Shown here one piece after another: positions 20,160-29,659 of a DNA stretch of 64,000 bases (within the stretch, counting starts at the first letter, position 1; the number at the start of each line of letters is the position of its first letter). Source of the stretch: Candidatus Poribacteria bacterium (GTDB taxonomy: Bacteria > Poribacteria > WGA-4E > PCPOR2b). The stretch lies in contig OZ220744.1 of assembly GCA_965116925.1 (NCBI GenBank), positions 4,480,001 to 4,544,000 of the forward strand, in the 5' to 3' direction. Under the pieces are notes generated by a model, which was not told the origin of the DNA, did not search any database, and saw nothing but the letters and a program-made list of their open reading frames with translations. The position numbers and the translations under genes were made by a program.

Positions 20160-20345
20160 ATGCAGAAAACTGAGACCAAGATGGACGACGAACTTCGTCC
20201 AGAGTACGATTTGAGAAGTTTACGGGTGAGAAAGGTTGACCCTAAGCGGAAGAGTTTCACTAGTAATTCATCGGACAACAGAACCTTTTCATTAGGCAAG
20301 GATGAAACGAAGAAACGTGAAAAAACCAATTTGAACCCTTGTTGA
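20160..20345 (+). pseudogene. Truncated BrnA-like antitoxin remnant
   Basis: N-terminus DDELRPEYDL resembles DLLDEYDF of 19694; C-terminal half lacks the DVAxxFPD motif. Confidence 0.45.
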
Positions 20346-20365
20346 CCGTCTGAGCGTTTCCTATA

Positions 20366-20602
20366 ATGGACTTTGAGATTATTGGGGAAATTACTCAAAT
20401 TGAAACTATTGCCCGTGGCAGTGGCATCCGTGACCGGGCGCGGTTGCGACGGCAATATGGTCAGGGTAGGTGGCGTAAGCTAAAGGGCATAGCAAATGTC
20501 CGTTTGATTGATGGTTCAGTACGTCTTGCCGAGATTCACTGGTATGAGGCACACGGACTTGGTAAGAGAGAATTCAAACTCAAACTCCCGTTTCTTGATT
20601 AA
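20366..20602 (+). CDS. Small basic hypothetical protein (putative toxin of a two-gene module)
   Basis: 78 aa, GRWRKLKGIA and AEIHWYEAHG; 2 bp from next ORF. Confidence 0.65.
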   Translation: MDFEIIGEITQIETIARGSGIRDRARLRRQYGQGRWRKLKGIANVRLIDGSVRLAEIHWYEAHGLGKREFKLKLPFLD

Positions 20603-20604
20603 CG

Positions 20605-20847
20605 ATGAGAAAAAAAGAAAACGAATTTCCGCAATTTGGTCTATGTCTCAATAATGAAGGATACCCTGCTTCTCTTGAGGTGGGGAAATTGTATCGTGTG
20701 ATTCCTGATGATGACGCTGCAGCTCACGGCTACATTCGCGTTATAGATGAAAGCGGAGAAGACTATGCCTATGCAGCAAACCGTTTTCACCTGATGCAAC
20801 TGCCTACCGCTGTCGAAAAGGCGTTGTTGTCTGCTTCGCAAGCGTAG
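20605..20847 (+). CDS. Small acidic hypothetical protein (putative antitoxin)
   Basis: 80 aa, SLEVGKLYRVI...IRVIDESGEDYAY. Confidence 0.65.
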   Translation: MRKKENEFPQFGLCLNNEGYPASLEVGKLYRVIPDDDAAAHGYIRVIDESGEDYAYAANRFHLMQLPTAVEKALLSASQA

Positions 20848-20907
20848 TTTTCTTCAGTAACGAATCTTGAACGGGCGGGAGCTGTTACAAGCCCCCGAAC
20901 CGATTAC

Positions 20908-21045
20908 TATGGTAGATTGTAGAGTTGCTTAGACACTGCCAATGCACGGTCAACCCCATAAATCCCCCTTATCAGGGGGACTTTGGAAACTTCGCTAGGG
21001 TCGGAGTTATTGGTGAATGTCTACTTATTTTTCTAGTTCACCATA
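20908..21045. mobile_element. MITE family A, 138-bp copy
   Basis: Direct repeat of 15428-15565. Confidence 0.75.
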
Positions 21046-21066
21046 AATCACAAGGAGATAACCACT

Positions 21067-21939
21067 ATGCACTTGACAGAGGCTCAGATTTCCTCGTTCC
21101 ACGAGGACGGTTACCTACGATTGGAAAATGTACTGGATGCGAGCGACCTGCAGCCGGTCATTGACGAGTATTCCGAGATTATTGACGGACGTGCACAGAA
21201 GCTGTACGCGGAGGGCAAGTTAAGTTCACTGCATGAGGACGAACCGTTTACGCGGCGGTTGCTTCTGCTAGCGAAGGAGGTCCCAGAAGTCGCTGGTAAT
21301 TTAGACATCATGCAGGAACGCGGCGAGGCGACCTTCAACTTTCTGAAGAACCCGAAGATTTTAGACGTGGCGGAATCGCTCTGCGGTTCGGAGATTGTGT
21401 GCAACCCCATCCAGCACATTCGGGCGGTTCTGCCGCATCGTGCGACCGGTGGGTCTCCGACCCATTTCCATCAGGATATCGGCGTGTGTTGGCCCGACAC
21501 TGATCCCTACTTTATGCTGACTATCTGGGTGCCTGTCGTGGACGCGACGTTGGAGAACGGTTGTTTGGCGGTGCTGCCCGGCAGCCATAAGTATGGTCTC
21601 CGGCAACATGCGTATACGCCCGGATTGAACGTACCTGATGAAGAACGTCCACCCATCCAGTCTAAACCGCTGCCTGTCCCCGCAGGTGGACTGATCCTGT
21701 TCCACAACTATACGTTGCATCACGCACTCCCCAACGAGTCGGACGAGGTTCGTTGGAGTTTTGACCTGCGCTATCACGATGCCTATATGCCATCGGGCCG
21801 TCCGTTCTATCCGACGTTCCTCATGCGCAGCAAATTCCGTCCAGATGCGTTACAGACCGATTATGAGACGTGGTGTCAACGGTGGGAGTTTGCGTTGATG
21901 GCAGGGAAGGACGCTGTGCGCTACCGCTGGCAACGCTAG
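21067..21939 (+). CDS. Phytanoyl-CoA dioxygenase (PhyH) family protein
   Basis: FHEDGYL, HQD, ENGCLAVLPGSH, LHHALPN, RWSFDLRY. Confidence 0.92.
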   Translation: MHLTEAQISSFHEDGYLRLENVLDASDLQPVIDEYSEIIDGRAQKLYAEGKLSSLHEDEPFTRRLLLLAKEVPEVAGNLDIMQERGEATFNFLKNPKILDVAESLCGSEIVCNPIQHIRAVLPHRATGGSPTHFHQDIGVCWPDTDPYFMLTIWVPVVDATLENGCLAVLPGSHKYGLRQHAYTPGLNVPDEERPPIQSKPLPVPAGGLILFHNYTLHHALPNESDEVRWSFDLRYHDAYMPSGRPFYPTFLMRSKFRPDALQTDYETWCQRWEFALMAGKDAVRYRWQR

Positions 21940-22007
21940 CTGTGGTGTCCAAGTTGCTAGAGGGTGTCGGTATTTATACGAGGTGTTTCGTAATTTAAGA
22001 CACGCTT

Positions 22008-22211
22008 GCCCAACGGGTTGGGAGACCCAACCCCTACGGATGCTGATACGTATCTAATCGTAGGAGTTTGTTTGCGTAGGGGCGAGGTTTCCTCGCCCAA
22101 CGGGTTGGGGACCCAACCCCTACGGATGCTGATACGTATCTAATCGTAGGAGTTTGTTTGCGTAGGGGCGAGGTTTCCTCGCCCAACGGGTTGGGAGACC
22201 CAACCCCTACG
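22008..22211. repeat. Tandem REPIN-like array of GTAG-type REPs (~87-bp unit, 2.4 copies)
   Basis: Units start at 22008, 22095 and 22181; hairpins GGGTTGGGAGACCCAACCCCTAC and GTAGGGGCGAGGTTTCCTCGCCC. Confidence 0.85.
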
Positions 22212-22259
22212 CATTCAACGGACTCAAGACTGTTTTGCTTACGCATCACGCATTACGTA

Positions 22260-23114
22260 TTAGTCCTCATTTCCGAGCACACTCCGTTCAGGGACAAAAC
22301 CCAACTCTTCCTCGATTCGGTGGATCTCGTATACGGGATCTCTTTCGTGCCCGGGGCGTGTGTAGTGGGAGAGATCTATCCGATCGGCATCTGCGCCGTA
22401 CCATCCACGGATGATTTCGGGGACGGTATCCTCGACGCAGGCTTGGCTCCCTACTGCGTTCAGGATGCGAACGCCCGGTTTATGCGCGGCTTCGGCGGCA
22501 AGCGTCAAACAACGAACCGTGTCGCCGAGATACATGTATGAAATCGAACCTATCGCCCACTGTCCTACCGGTCCCACCTTTTTGGGTGTCAATTCACGAT
22601 CATCGGGGGCGATGCTCGCTAGGCGGATGTTAATGAAGTCCAGATCTTCATTTTGACGCGCCAGATAGCGCGAGACCTCTTCCATCAGATACTTTGAGAA
22701 GCCGTATCCTATCCGATCGAGACATGGGTGTTCGTCGGGCATCGGCAACTGCAACGGTCTGAACAGGGGAGACTGGAATCCGACCGCCGCGATTGAACTA
22801 GCGAGCACAAACTTCTTGCAGCCGCCATCTAGGAAGTATCGCACGAGTTGATATGATCCCATGACATTGACACGCAGTTGCTCTTCTTCGCTTCCGCCGC
22901 CCGTTACGGCCGCTAGGTGAACCACTACATCGATTTGGTTCGGATCCAACTTTTTTAGGTCGTCGGGTGCTGTAAAATCCCCTTGAATCGCCGTTACACC
23001 CTCTACCTCTGTCTTTTGCCTAGAGATACAGAAAACTTCGTGGTCTTTCGCCATTGATGCGGCGAGTGCTCGTCCGATAAATCCGCTGGTGCCGGTGATT
23101 AGTATTCCGCTCAT
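22260..23114 (-). CDS. NAD-dependent epimerase/dehydratase
   Basis: ILITGTSGFIG, HLAA, YGFSK; AGGAGG RBS before ATG 23114. Confidence 0.9.
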   Translation of the reverse strand: MSGILITGTSGFIGRALAASMAKDHEVFCISRQKTEVEGVTAIQGDFTAPDDLKKLDPNQIDVVVHLAAVTGGGSEEEQLRVNVMGSYQLVRYFLDGGCKKFVLASSIAAVGFQSPLFRPLQLPMPDEHPCLDRIGYGFSKYLMEEVSRYLARQNEDLDFINIRLASIAPDDRELTPKKVGPVGQWAIGSISYMYLGDTVRCLTLAAEAAHKPGVRILNAVGSQACVEDTVPEIIRGWYGADADRIDLSHYTRPGHERDPVYEIHRIEEELGFVPERSVLGNED

Positions 23115-23196
23115 TCTATGCCTCCTCCTTCTGAACTTATTCGTATAGCATAATCCAGAGGGTCTTTCTCGATTTATCATGCATCAACTCAATACG

Positions 23197-23377
23197 ACAC
23201 ACATGTCGCCCCGCTGGGGCTTTAGGGTTGGCTTTACCATGTCTGCTATACACATATCGCCCCTCTGGGGCTTAGGGACATTTGGGTTAGACATGTTCGC
23301 TACACACATTGCGCTCCTCTGGAGCGCGGAGGTTGGACATACCTGTATTCTATAGACATGTCGCTCCTCTGGAGCGA
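23197..23377. repeat. Four degenerate ~52-bp tandem hairpin repeats
   Basis: Core ACACATRTCGCYCCTCTGGRGC four times with imperfect matches. Confidence 0.75.
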
Positions 23378-23393
23378 AAGTAGAACACTTGAC

Positions 23394-23417
23394 GGGCGGG
23401 GAAACCCCGCCCCTACG
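23394..23417. repeat. GTAG-type REP
   Basis: GGGCGGGGAAACCCCGCCCCTAC; siblings at 44997 and 46745. Confidence 0.75.
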
Positions 23418-23465
23418 AGAAAATCGATGGATTTTCAATGCCTAGCAGCTTGAATTTCGATAACC

Positions 23466-23569
23466 GGACTTACGCAAATTTAGCACGCGGCGCGAGAACC
23501 CCCCAAAGTCCCCCTTGTCAGGGGGACTTTGGAAAATCAGAGGGACTTATGAACCAACTGCGTAAGACC
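23466..23569. mobile_element. MITE family B
   Basis: TIRs GGACTTACGCA/TGCGTAAGACC; homologous to 57041-57159. Confidence 0.7.
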
Positions 23570-23576
23570 TAAATAA

Positions 23577-24593
23577 TCAATCGTCCGACCATCGTATGAC
23601 CGCACCGACCACATCTTTGGCGTTATCTTTGTTGATAGCGTCGTAGAAGGCTGGTGAGTTCTCCGATTCGACGCGATGTGTAATCGTATGGTGCCACGGC
23701 AGGACGCCTGTCGCCATATTCTTGAGCACAGCGCGTCGACAGGGAGCAAAACCGTCGTCGCACGGATAGAACATCGTCAGCCGTTTGCCGTGGGGCGGTG
23801 CAAATTGATAGGAGAGCGGTTCCGTGCCGTAATGCCCCTGATACACAAACTTGCCGTGTCGCTTACACAGTTCAATTGCCGGATCCACACACGCAGGCAC
23901 ACCGGTGGATTCAAAAACAACGTCGGCACCTTCAGGTGCAATCTTTTGGAGCTCCTCCACTACGTTCTGGGTGGAACCGTTGATGAGGTAATCTGCGCCC
24001 AGTTTTTGGGCGACCTCCAGCCTGTTCTGCTCAAGGTCAATGGCAACGACGATGCAGCCCCGATGGCTACAAGCAGCCATGACTCCCAATCCGACCAATC
24101 CAGCACCGTAAACCGCAACAACATCCCCCATCCGAGGGTTTGCTGTATCAACGCCGTTCAAGCCGACTGCTGGCATTACAAAGAGGCTCGCAGCGTCGTC
24201 GGGAACACCTTCGGGCAGTAGTTCCAAGCCGTGCGTTGTCTGGGGATTGACGACAGCGGCAGAGCAGTGAACGCCAGATGCGGCTGAAACCTCCTGTCCG
24301 TCGGACAGATGAATCCCCTCCCGGTTATCGCGGTAGTAGATTTTATCGCCGACCTTGAAAGTATGAACCTGCTCGCCAACGTGCTCGATAACACCGACCC
24401 CTTGATAGCCGGTGCATATTGGATACTGCCCCCAAGTAGAAATCTTGTTACGGATCAGGGCGAACTCCGTTCCGATGCTAACCCCGCTATACAACGCCCG
24501 TATCAGAATATGTTCCGGTCCCGGATCCGACAGAGTTACGTCAGCGTAGCTAAAGTTCTGATTCTCGTCACTGACAAGTGCTTTGGCGTGCAT
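23577..24593 (-). CDS. Medium-chain dehydrogenase/reductase, atypical
   Basis: GAGLVG NAD motif, DVVFESTG; SGVSIGTE and GYQ replace the usual CxxD and GHE zinc motifs. Confidence 0.85.
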   Translation of the reverse strand: MHAKALVSDENQNFSYADVTLSDPGPEHILIRALYSGVSIGTEFALIRNKISTWGQYPICTGYQGVGVIEHVGEQVHTFKVGDKIYYRDNREGIHLSDGQEVSAASGVHCSAAVVNPQTTHGLELLPEGVPDDAASLFVMPAVGLNGVDTANPRMGDVVAVYGAGLVGLGVMAACSHRGCIVVAIDLEQNRLEVAQKLGADYLINGSTQNVVEELQKIAPEGADVVFESTGVPACVDPAIELCKRHGKFVYQGHYGTEPLSYQFAPPHGKRLTMFYPCDDGFAPCRRAVLKNMATGVLPWHHTITHRVESENSPAFYDAINKDNAKDVVGAVIRWSDD

Positions 24594-24681
24594 TTTTTAA
24601 TACCTCATGTGAGTACCTCTATAATGGCTTCGGTGTTTTGTCGAGATATGAATCTCGACCTACAATTTCTGTTGATATAAC

Positions 24682-27600
24682 TCAAAATTGTGGCAGTTCA
24701 TGTGTTACGCGGCGTGTATTGTATTCTAGTTGATAGCGAAGGTGTTTTGGGGTCTGTGGGTATTTTTCCGCATTGGGATACGGATAGGCGGACATGTCGT
24801 GAAATGGTAGTGGTCCAACTGTCTGTGAAGACAGGGTATTGATATCGCCATCCTTGTCCCATCCATCGCTGTAGAGGATAAAATCCCGCTCCCAGCCCTC
24901 TTCCAATGGTGGCAATTCAGCTGCATCAAACTCGACGGTCATCTCGTCTCCGGCATTCAAGATGACATACATATCGTCAATTTCCTCTAGCAAAGGCGTC
25001 ACTTCTCCGTACCGGGTGTAATGTCCTGCTAGGTCACGCCACTGCTTCGCTGTTGTAACTTCATTGTAATCAAACAGGTGAGGTGCATGGGGAGTTGGAC
25101 GATACATCTTAGAGAAACCGCGATAGTGGAGATCTGTGTGGTTCGGAGATAGTTCCGTGATGCGTATCGGCACGTCCTCTCCGTCGATGGAGAAAAACGC
25201 TGAATCCCAGTAAATCTGCATATTGGATGCAATTTTTACCCTCCGATCTGTCGAAAGGAATTTGTCCGTCAGATCGATGCAGATAGTCTTATTTTTACCT
25301 GCGGGTATGCCGATGAGATCGATGACCGTCTGCCACTTTCCCTCCTTATCACGAACCTGTAGATAAGGAAAGTACGGATTAATCGCCGGATTCTGTGAGA
25401 GTGCAAGGTTGATACTGGTATCTGTTGGGAAAATCCAGCCGTTGAGAAACAGAGTAAGTCCCGAATCATGAGGCACGTCCCCCAGATCGAGGACGATGAA
25501 GTGGGGTTCAACGACACCCTGGAACACCCCCGGCTCGTGTTCAACCGCATAGCGATAATCGACAGCTTTGAGTGCGTCGGAGACATCGTATCCATGATGG
25601 TCGAGTGCTATGCGCGGATGATGAATCGCTTTCGCCGTGTAGATTTTGAACTCTGGAAAGGGCGGTGTCGTATATCTCTCATCAACGAAGATTTGAGTCC
25701 CGGCGGGGTGATCTATGGCAAGCAGCTTGACCATATCGAAATAGGCTGTTTCCCATAGCTCCTCCGTGATCTGAAGTGAGTAGACGCCCGCTTTCGGCTT
25801 TATGAGGTCCCCGGGAATTTTGACGTAATCTGCGGTTTCAGCAGCTGCGAGAAATCCCATCGGTGTGACCATCCCAAGCGGACTGCGCCACAAGAGATCT
25901 GTTACGAATTGATAACCACTACCGTCATAGACGTAGAGGAATGGGCACGACCCTTTCAATACCTGCTTTTCGAGGATGCGCTGGTTCGATTGAGGGGTGA
26001 TGACATTCTGTGGAACACCGTTTGTCCAGACAACCCGTAGCACATCCGCCTGTTTCTCTTTCCCCAAACCGAAATGTGTTATCGGATCGGTAACGTATTT
26101 CATCTGGTACAGTTCGCCCGCCTTGAGTTCCACTTTTGCGCCGATGCCGTCAATGTTGTTCTTGTTGTTACCAGCGTTGACACCTTCTAACTTGACTTGC
26201 AGCCAACTGTTTTGGTTTCCACCCTCGTTGTGCAGCGCGACAACCTTACCAGCGAAATCAATTAGGAAGAGGTCAAGATCTCCGTCGTTATCGTAATCGC
26301 CAACTGTGCCATTGCCTCCACTCTGAATCCCTTCAGGCAAGAGATTTGAGGCGTCGGTGAAGCGACCAGTCCCATCGTTCCTAAACAGGAAAACGCCACG
26401 TCCGTTCCCCTCTCTTGGTGTGCCGATAAGCCATAGATCCAAGAAACCGTCGTTGTCGTAATCGAGGAAATGAGCATCTGAACCGCGCACCTCCTTTGCA
26501 GCGTTGATGGCTGCATCATACGAACGGACATCAGGGGCAAAGGTGCCATCGCCGCGGTTGCGATAGAGTTGATGGGGTGTGTCGCCATCGGTTGCTAGAA
26601 ACAGGTCAATATCGCTATCGTTGTCGTAATCTCCAACTGCGACTGCTGTGAAGGCATGGTTTTGAGAGACACCTATTTCATCGGTTAATGCCTGCAGCTT
26701 GCCCTGACGTAGGTTAGTGTAGAGCGTACAGCCACTTCCATCATTTGCGATTAACAGATCAATATCGCCATCATCGTCAAAATCGCCAAGCCCTGCATCT
26801 CGTGCGCCGGATCGTTCCGATGGGATGAAGGTCTGGTCACTAACATCGCTGAAGACGCCATCGCCATTGTTGCGGTACATCTCCACTCGGTTCCCCGTTA
26901 TGAAAAGATCCAGATCTCCATCATGGTCATAGTCAACAAATAGATTTGGTCCTCTGGATTGGGCTTTTAGACTCTGATCTGATTGGGCTCCATCAAAGTC
27001 CGCCATCTCGGTGAAGTTACCCGCTCCATCATTGCGAAGCAGGACGCTCCCCGTGTTTCCATACAGATACAGATCTGGGTCGCCATCCTTGTCGAAATCA
27101 GCAAATGTGCCGGTGTCTCCACGACTGCCGACTGTAGCGGTGGGGACAAATTTTCCACCTTCATTCCGAAAGAGATTAGGTTTAGTATTTGGGGTGGCAA
27201 AAATGGCACACAGATCGAGATCGCTGTCGTTATCGTAATCTGTTAGCAGAATTTTGGAGCGTCTCCCGTTCAGGTCGTCAAGCCCAACCTCCTGAGTTAC
27301 ATCGGCAAAGTTCACTCCGATTGGTGGCGTCTCTTTTGCTTTGATTCGTGCCTTGAACCCGGAACTGAAGCTCTCGATTGGATGCCCCAAGATGTTTGTC
27401 ACTAACTCTCCGATTCCCTGTTGATAGCGGGGACTTCGCTTTTGGACGTTTTCAAAAATCTGAATATATCGGGCGGCTCCTTTGATATCGTTTTGGTCTA
27501 TCAAAAGCAGTCCCTGTTTCAGATACTTGAGAAAGTCTTCATCGGCATCCCATAGCAGGGCATTCAACTCCATGCAAATCCGCTTCGCTTCCTCAACCTG

Positions 27601-28188
27601 TTCTCGTCGTAAAAGTACGTTCGCTAACTTGAGCAATACCACTACATTCGCTGGGGTTCGCTCGCGCAATTCTCGCAGGTGGGAAATCGCCTCCTCCATC
27701 GCGGCTGGGTTGTTCCGCTGACTGAGATAGTGACGTGTCAGTTTATATCGCGTTTCAAGATCATCCGGCGCAAGTTTCACCGCTTCCTGAATCGCTGTAA
27801 CCGCTTCCGCAGTTCTGCTTTGCGATTGATAGATTTCCGCCAAAATAAAATGTAATTGGCTGTCCATCGGTTCAACTTCAAGCCCCCGTTTGACCCATAT
27901 TTCTGCCTCCTCACGCTGTTTGAGGCGCAGATGTGCAACGGCGAGGTTGCCGTAACCGATCGATTCATCGGGTGCAAGGTCAATCAACCCCTGAAACTGC
28001 TCAATCGCTTGATGTAGTTGGGATTCCTCGAGATAAGCTAATCCGAGGTTCTGGTGACGTATCGCAGCTGAGACGATTTCGTCAACAGTCTGTTGGGCGT
28101 TGGCGATGGGGATGTAGATAAGGAGTAAAACGTGAAACGTGAAACGTGATAAGAAAGATTTCATGAGTTTAGGGGGACGGACATTCAT
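24682..28188 (-). CDS. Secreted TPR + FG-GAP + ASPIC/UnbV protein with extra C-terminal domain
   Basis: Signal peptide, TPRs, repeated DYDNDGDLDL Ca-binding loops, HFGLG UnbV motif, ~420-aa tail beginning GSCPFLY. Confidence 0.88.
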   Translation of the reverse strand: MNVRPPKLMKSFLSRFTFHVLLLIYIPIANAQQTVDEIVSAAIRHQNLGLAYLEESQLHQAIEQFQGLIDLAPDESIGYGNLAVAHLRLKQREEAEIWVKRGLEVEPMDSQLHFILAEIYQSQSRTAEAVTAIQEAVKLAPDDLETRYKLTRHYLSQRNNPAAMEEAISHLRELRERTPANVVVLLKLANVLLRREQVEEAKRICMELNALLWDADEDFLKYLKQGLLLIDQNDIKGAARYIQIFENVQKRSPRYQQGIGELVTNILGHPIESFSSGFKARIKAKETPPIGVNFADVTQEVGLDDLNGRRSKILLTDYDNDSDLDLCAIFATPNTKPNLFRNEGGKFVPTATVGSRGDTGTFADFDKDGDPDLYLYGNTGSVLLRNDGAGNFTEMADFDGAQSDQSLKAQSRGPNLFVDYDHDGDLDLFITGNRVEMYRNNGDGVFSDVSDQTFIPSERSGARDAGLGDFDDDGDIDLLIANDGSGCTLYTNLRQGKLQALTDEIGVSQNHAFTAVAVGDYDNDSDIDLFLATDGDTPHQLYRNRGDGTFAPDVRSYDAAINAAKEVRGSDAHFLDYDNDGFLDLWLIGTPREGNGRGVFLFRNDGTGRFTDASNLLPEGIQSGGNGTVGDYDNDGDLDLFLIDFAGKVVALHNEGGNQNSWLQVKLEGVNAGNNKNNIDGIGAKVELKAGELYQMKYVTDPITHFGLGKEKQADVLRVVWTNGVPQNVITPQSNQRILEKQVLKGSCPFLYVYDGSGYQFVTDLLWRSPLGMVTPMGFLAAAETADYVKIPGDLIKPKAGVYSLQITEELWETAYFDMVKLLAIDHPAGTQIFVDERYTTPPFPEFKIYTAKAIHHPRIALDHHGYDVSDALKAVDYRYAVEHEPGVFQGVVEPHFIVLDLGDVPHDSGLTLFLNGWIFPTDTSINLALSQNPAINPYFPYLQVRDKEGKWQTVIDLIGIPAGKNKTICIDLTDKFLSTDRRVKIASNMQIYWDSAFFSIDGEDVPIRITELSPNHTDLHYRGFSKMYRPTPHAPHLFDYNEVTTAKQWRDLAGHYTRYGEVTPLLEEIDDMYVILNAGDEMTVEFDAAELPPLEEGWERDFILYSDGWDKDGDINTLSSQTVGPLPFHDMSAYPYPNAEKYPQTPKHLRYQLEYNTRRVTHELPQF

Positions 28189-28379
28189 ACCTCTATTGTC
28201 TGAAGGGGGACGCAGATCTCGCTGATAAAACTAGGGCGTGTTGCCATTTTAATGTTGCTAATTCGGCAAACGCTGGAATCATCGGGCAATCTGCCAAATG
28301 TAGTGCTGTTAGTTTGCCTGTTGGGATCACAATCTAACAGATCGTGGTACAAGGGACTATTTTTATGAAGTAAGTTGTT

Positions 28380-29417
28380 CTATTTGCCTTCCAGTTCAGC
28401 ACGGACGATCTGCGTTCCGGCGACAAGATTTTTCAGTTTCAAACAACATATCCAGCGTGGAAGTTGAAAGAAGCCACAGTCGGGCGAAATACTCAATCGT
28501 TCGGGCGGACAGTGCTGCAACACTTGGCGGATACGATCGGCGATCTCTTCAGGCGGTTCTTGCCAAAAACTCTTGATGTCCACAACCCCCGCCATAAAGT
28601 CAAACTGTCCCTCAAATCTACTGTAGATATCGTGCTCGATCATTTCGCGGTTGGCGAACTCCATTGACAGGCAGTCGACATTCATATCTAGCAACGCTGG
28701 GAACATCCAGTCATACCGGCGTTTGCCACGGGGACGTGACCCCAAATTGCCGAAGCAGATGTGTAGGTTTTTTCGCACTGAGACCCCATCAAGGGCGCGA
28801 TTGAGCAGTGCCACCCAATCTTCGAGTTTGCCGGGGATAATACCGAAACTCGGTTCATCAAGTTGGACCTCGGTACACCCTTCTTCCTCAAGGGCTTTCA
28901 ATTCTTGGTTGATAACTTCGGCGAATTCCCAGCCAAGTTCGACACGGTCTTTATACGGGTCGCCATCCCGGATCTGGATGTGCATGGTCAACGTCAGGGG
29001 ACCTGGGCAACACGCCTTGATTCGCTGTCCTTCGCCGGCGTTTGCTTTCAGGAACTGGAATTCCTCTACGATACCCAAACCAGCTGGGATGTGCACCCGA
29101 CCCTCAAGATTGTAACGTGGGACGCTATCGTACGCATACAGTCCGGTTTGGCGGAGGACAGGTCGTTCAATTAATCCCTCCATCCGTCCGTAGAAGGTTT
29201 GTACGAAATACCAGCGGCGCATTTCACCGTCCGTGATAGTGTCAACGCCGGCCTCCTTCTGGTCCAGGATTGCTAGCCGGACAGCGTCATCATAAACCTC
29301 TCTTATGTCGGTCGGTCCGTACTCACCGCGTTTTTCTGCCTCCATCGCTGTCCAAAACCAACCCGGCATCGCATGGGAACCGATCACCGTAGTGGGAAGC
29401 AATTGTTCGTATGACAT
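28380..29417 (-). CDS. Single-barrel (core) MetE-family methyltransferase
   Basis: TTVIGS, TDGEMRR, QLDEP, HICFGN, SPDCG zinc ligands; 345 aa. Confidence 0.85.
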   Translation of the reverse strand: MSYEQLLPTTVIGSHAMPGWFWTAMEAEKRGEYGPTDIREVYDDAVRLAILDQKEAGVDTITDGEMRRWYFVQTFYGRMEGLIERPVLRQTGLYAYDSVPRYNLEGRVHIPAGLGIVEEFQFLKANAGEGQRIKACCPGPLTLTMHIQIRDGDPYKDRVELGWEFAEVINQELKALEEEGCTEVQLDEPSFGIIPGKLEDWVALLNRALDGVSVRKNLHICFGNLGSRPRGKRRYDWMFPALLDMNVDCLSMEFANREMIEHDIYSRFEGQFDFMAGVVDIKSFWQEPPEEIADRIRQVLQHCPPERLSISPDCGFFQLPRWICCLKLKNLVAGTQIVRAELEGK

Positions 29418-29659
29418 GAATTCTCCTTTATAAATGAGTAAGAATTAAACTGTCGAAAGTGCATAGTAAGCCTTAGAAATGTTGCACCTAACTTTATCAC
29501 ACTTTGCTTAACTTTAGCAACACTTTATCAGGGCTACCTATCAATTATCGCTTGACAATATCGCCGAATTAAGATAAATTGTTCGCTGTTTACGAGGAAA
29601 TTTATCCTTATTAATTCAAAAACCTGTTACCATTTATGGGGAAATTACTGGAGGTTTTT

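Noticed and set aside
22008..22211. Possible CRISPR array
   Set aside because: Intervening sequences are identical, so it is a tandem duplication
23197..23377. Possible mini CRISPR (4 repeats of ~26 bp with ~26-bp gaps)
   Set aside because: Repeats are degenerate, the spacers resemble each other, and there are no cas genes; better explained as a REP-like tandem repeat
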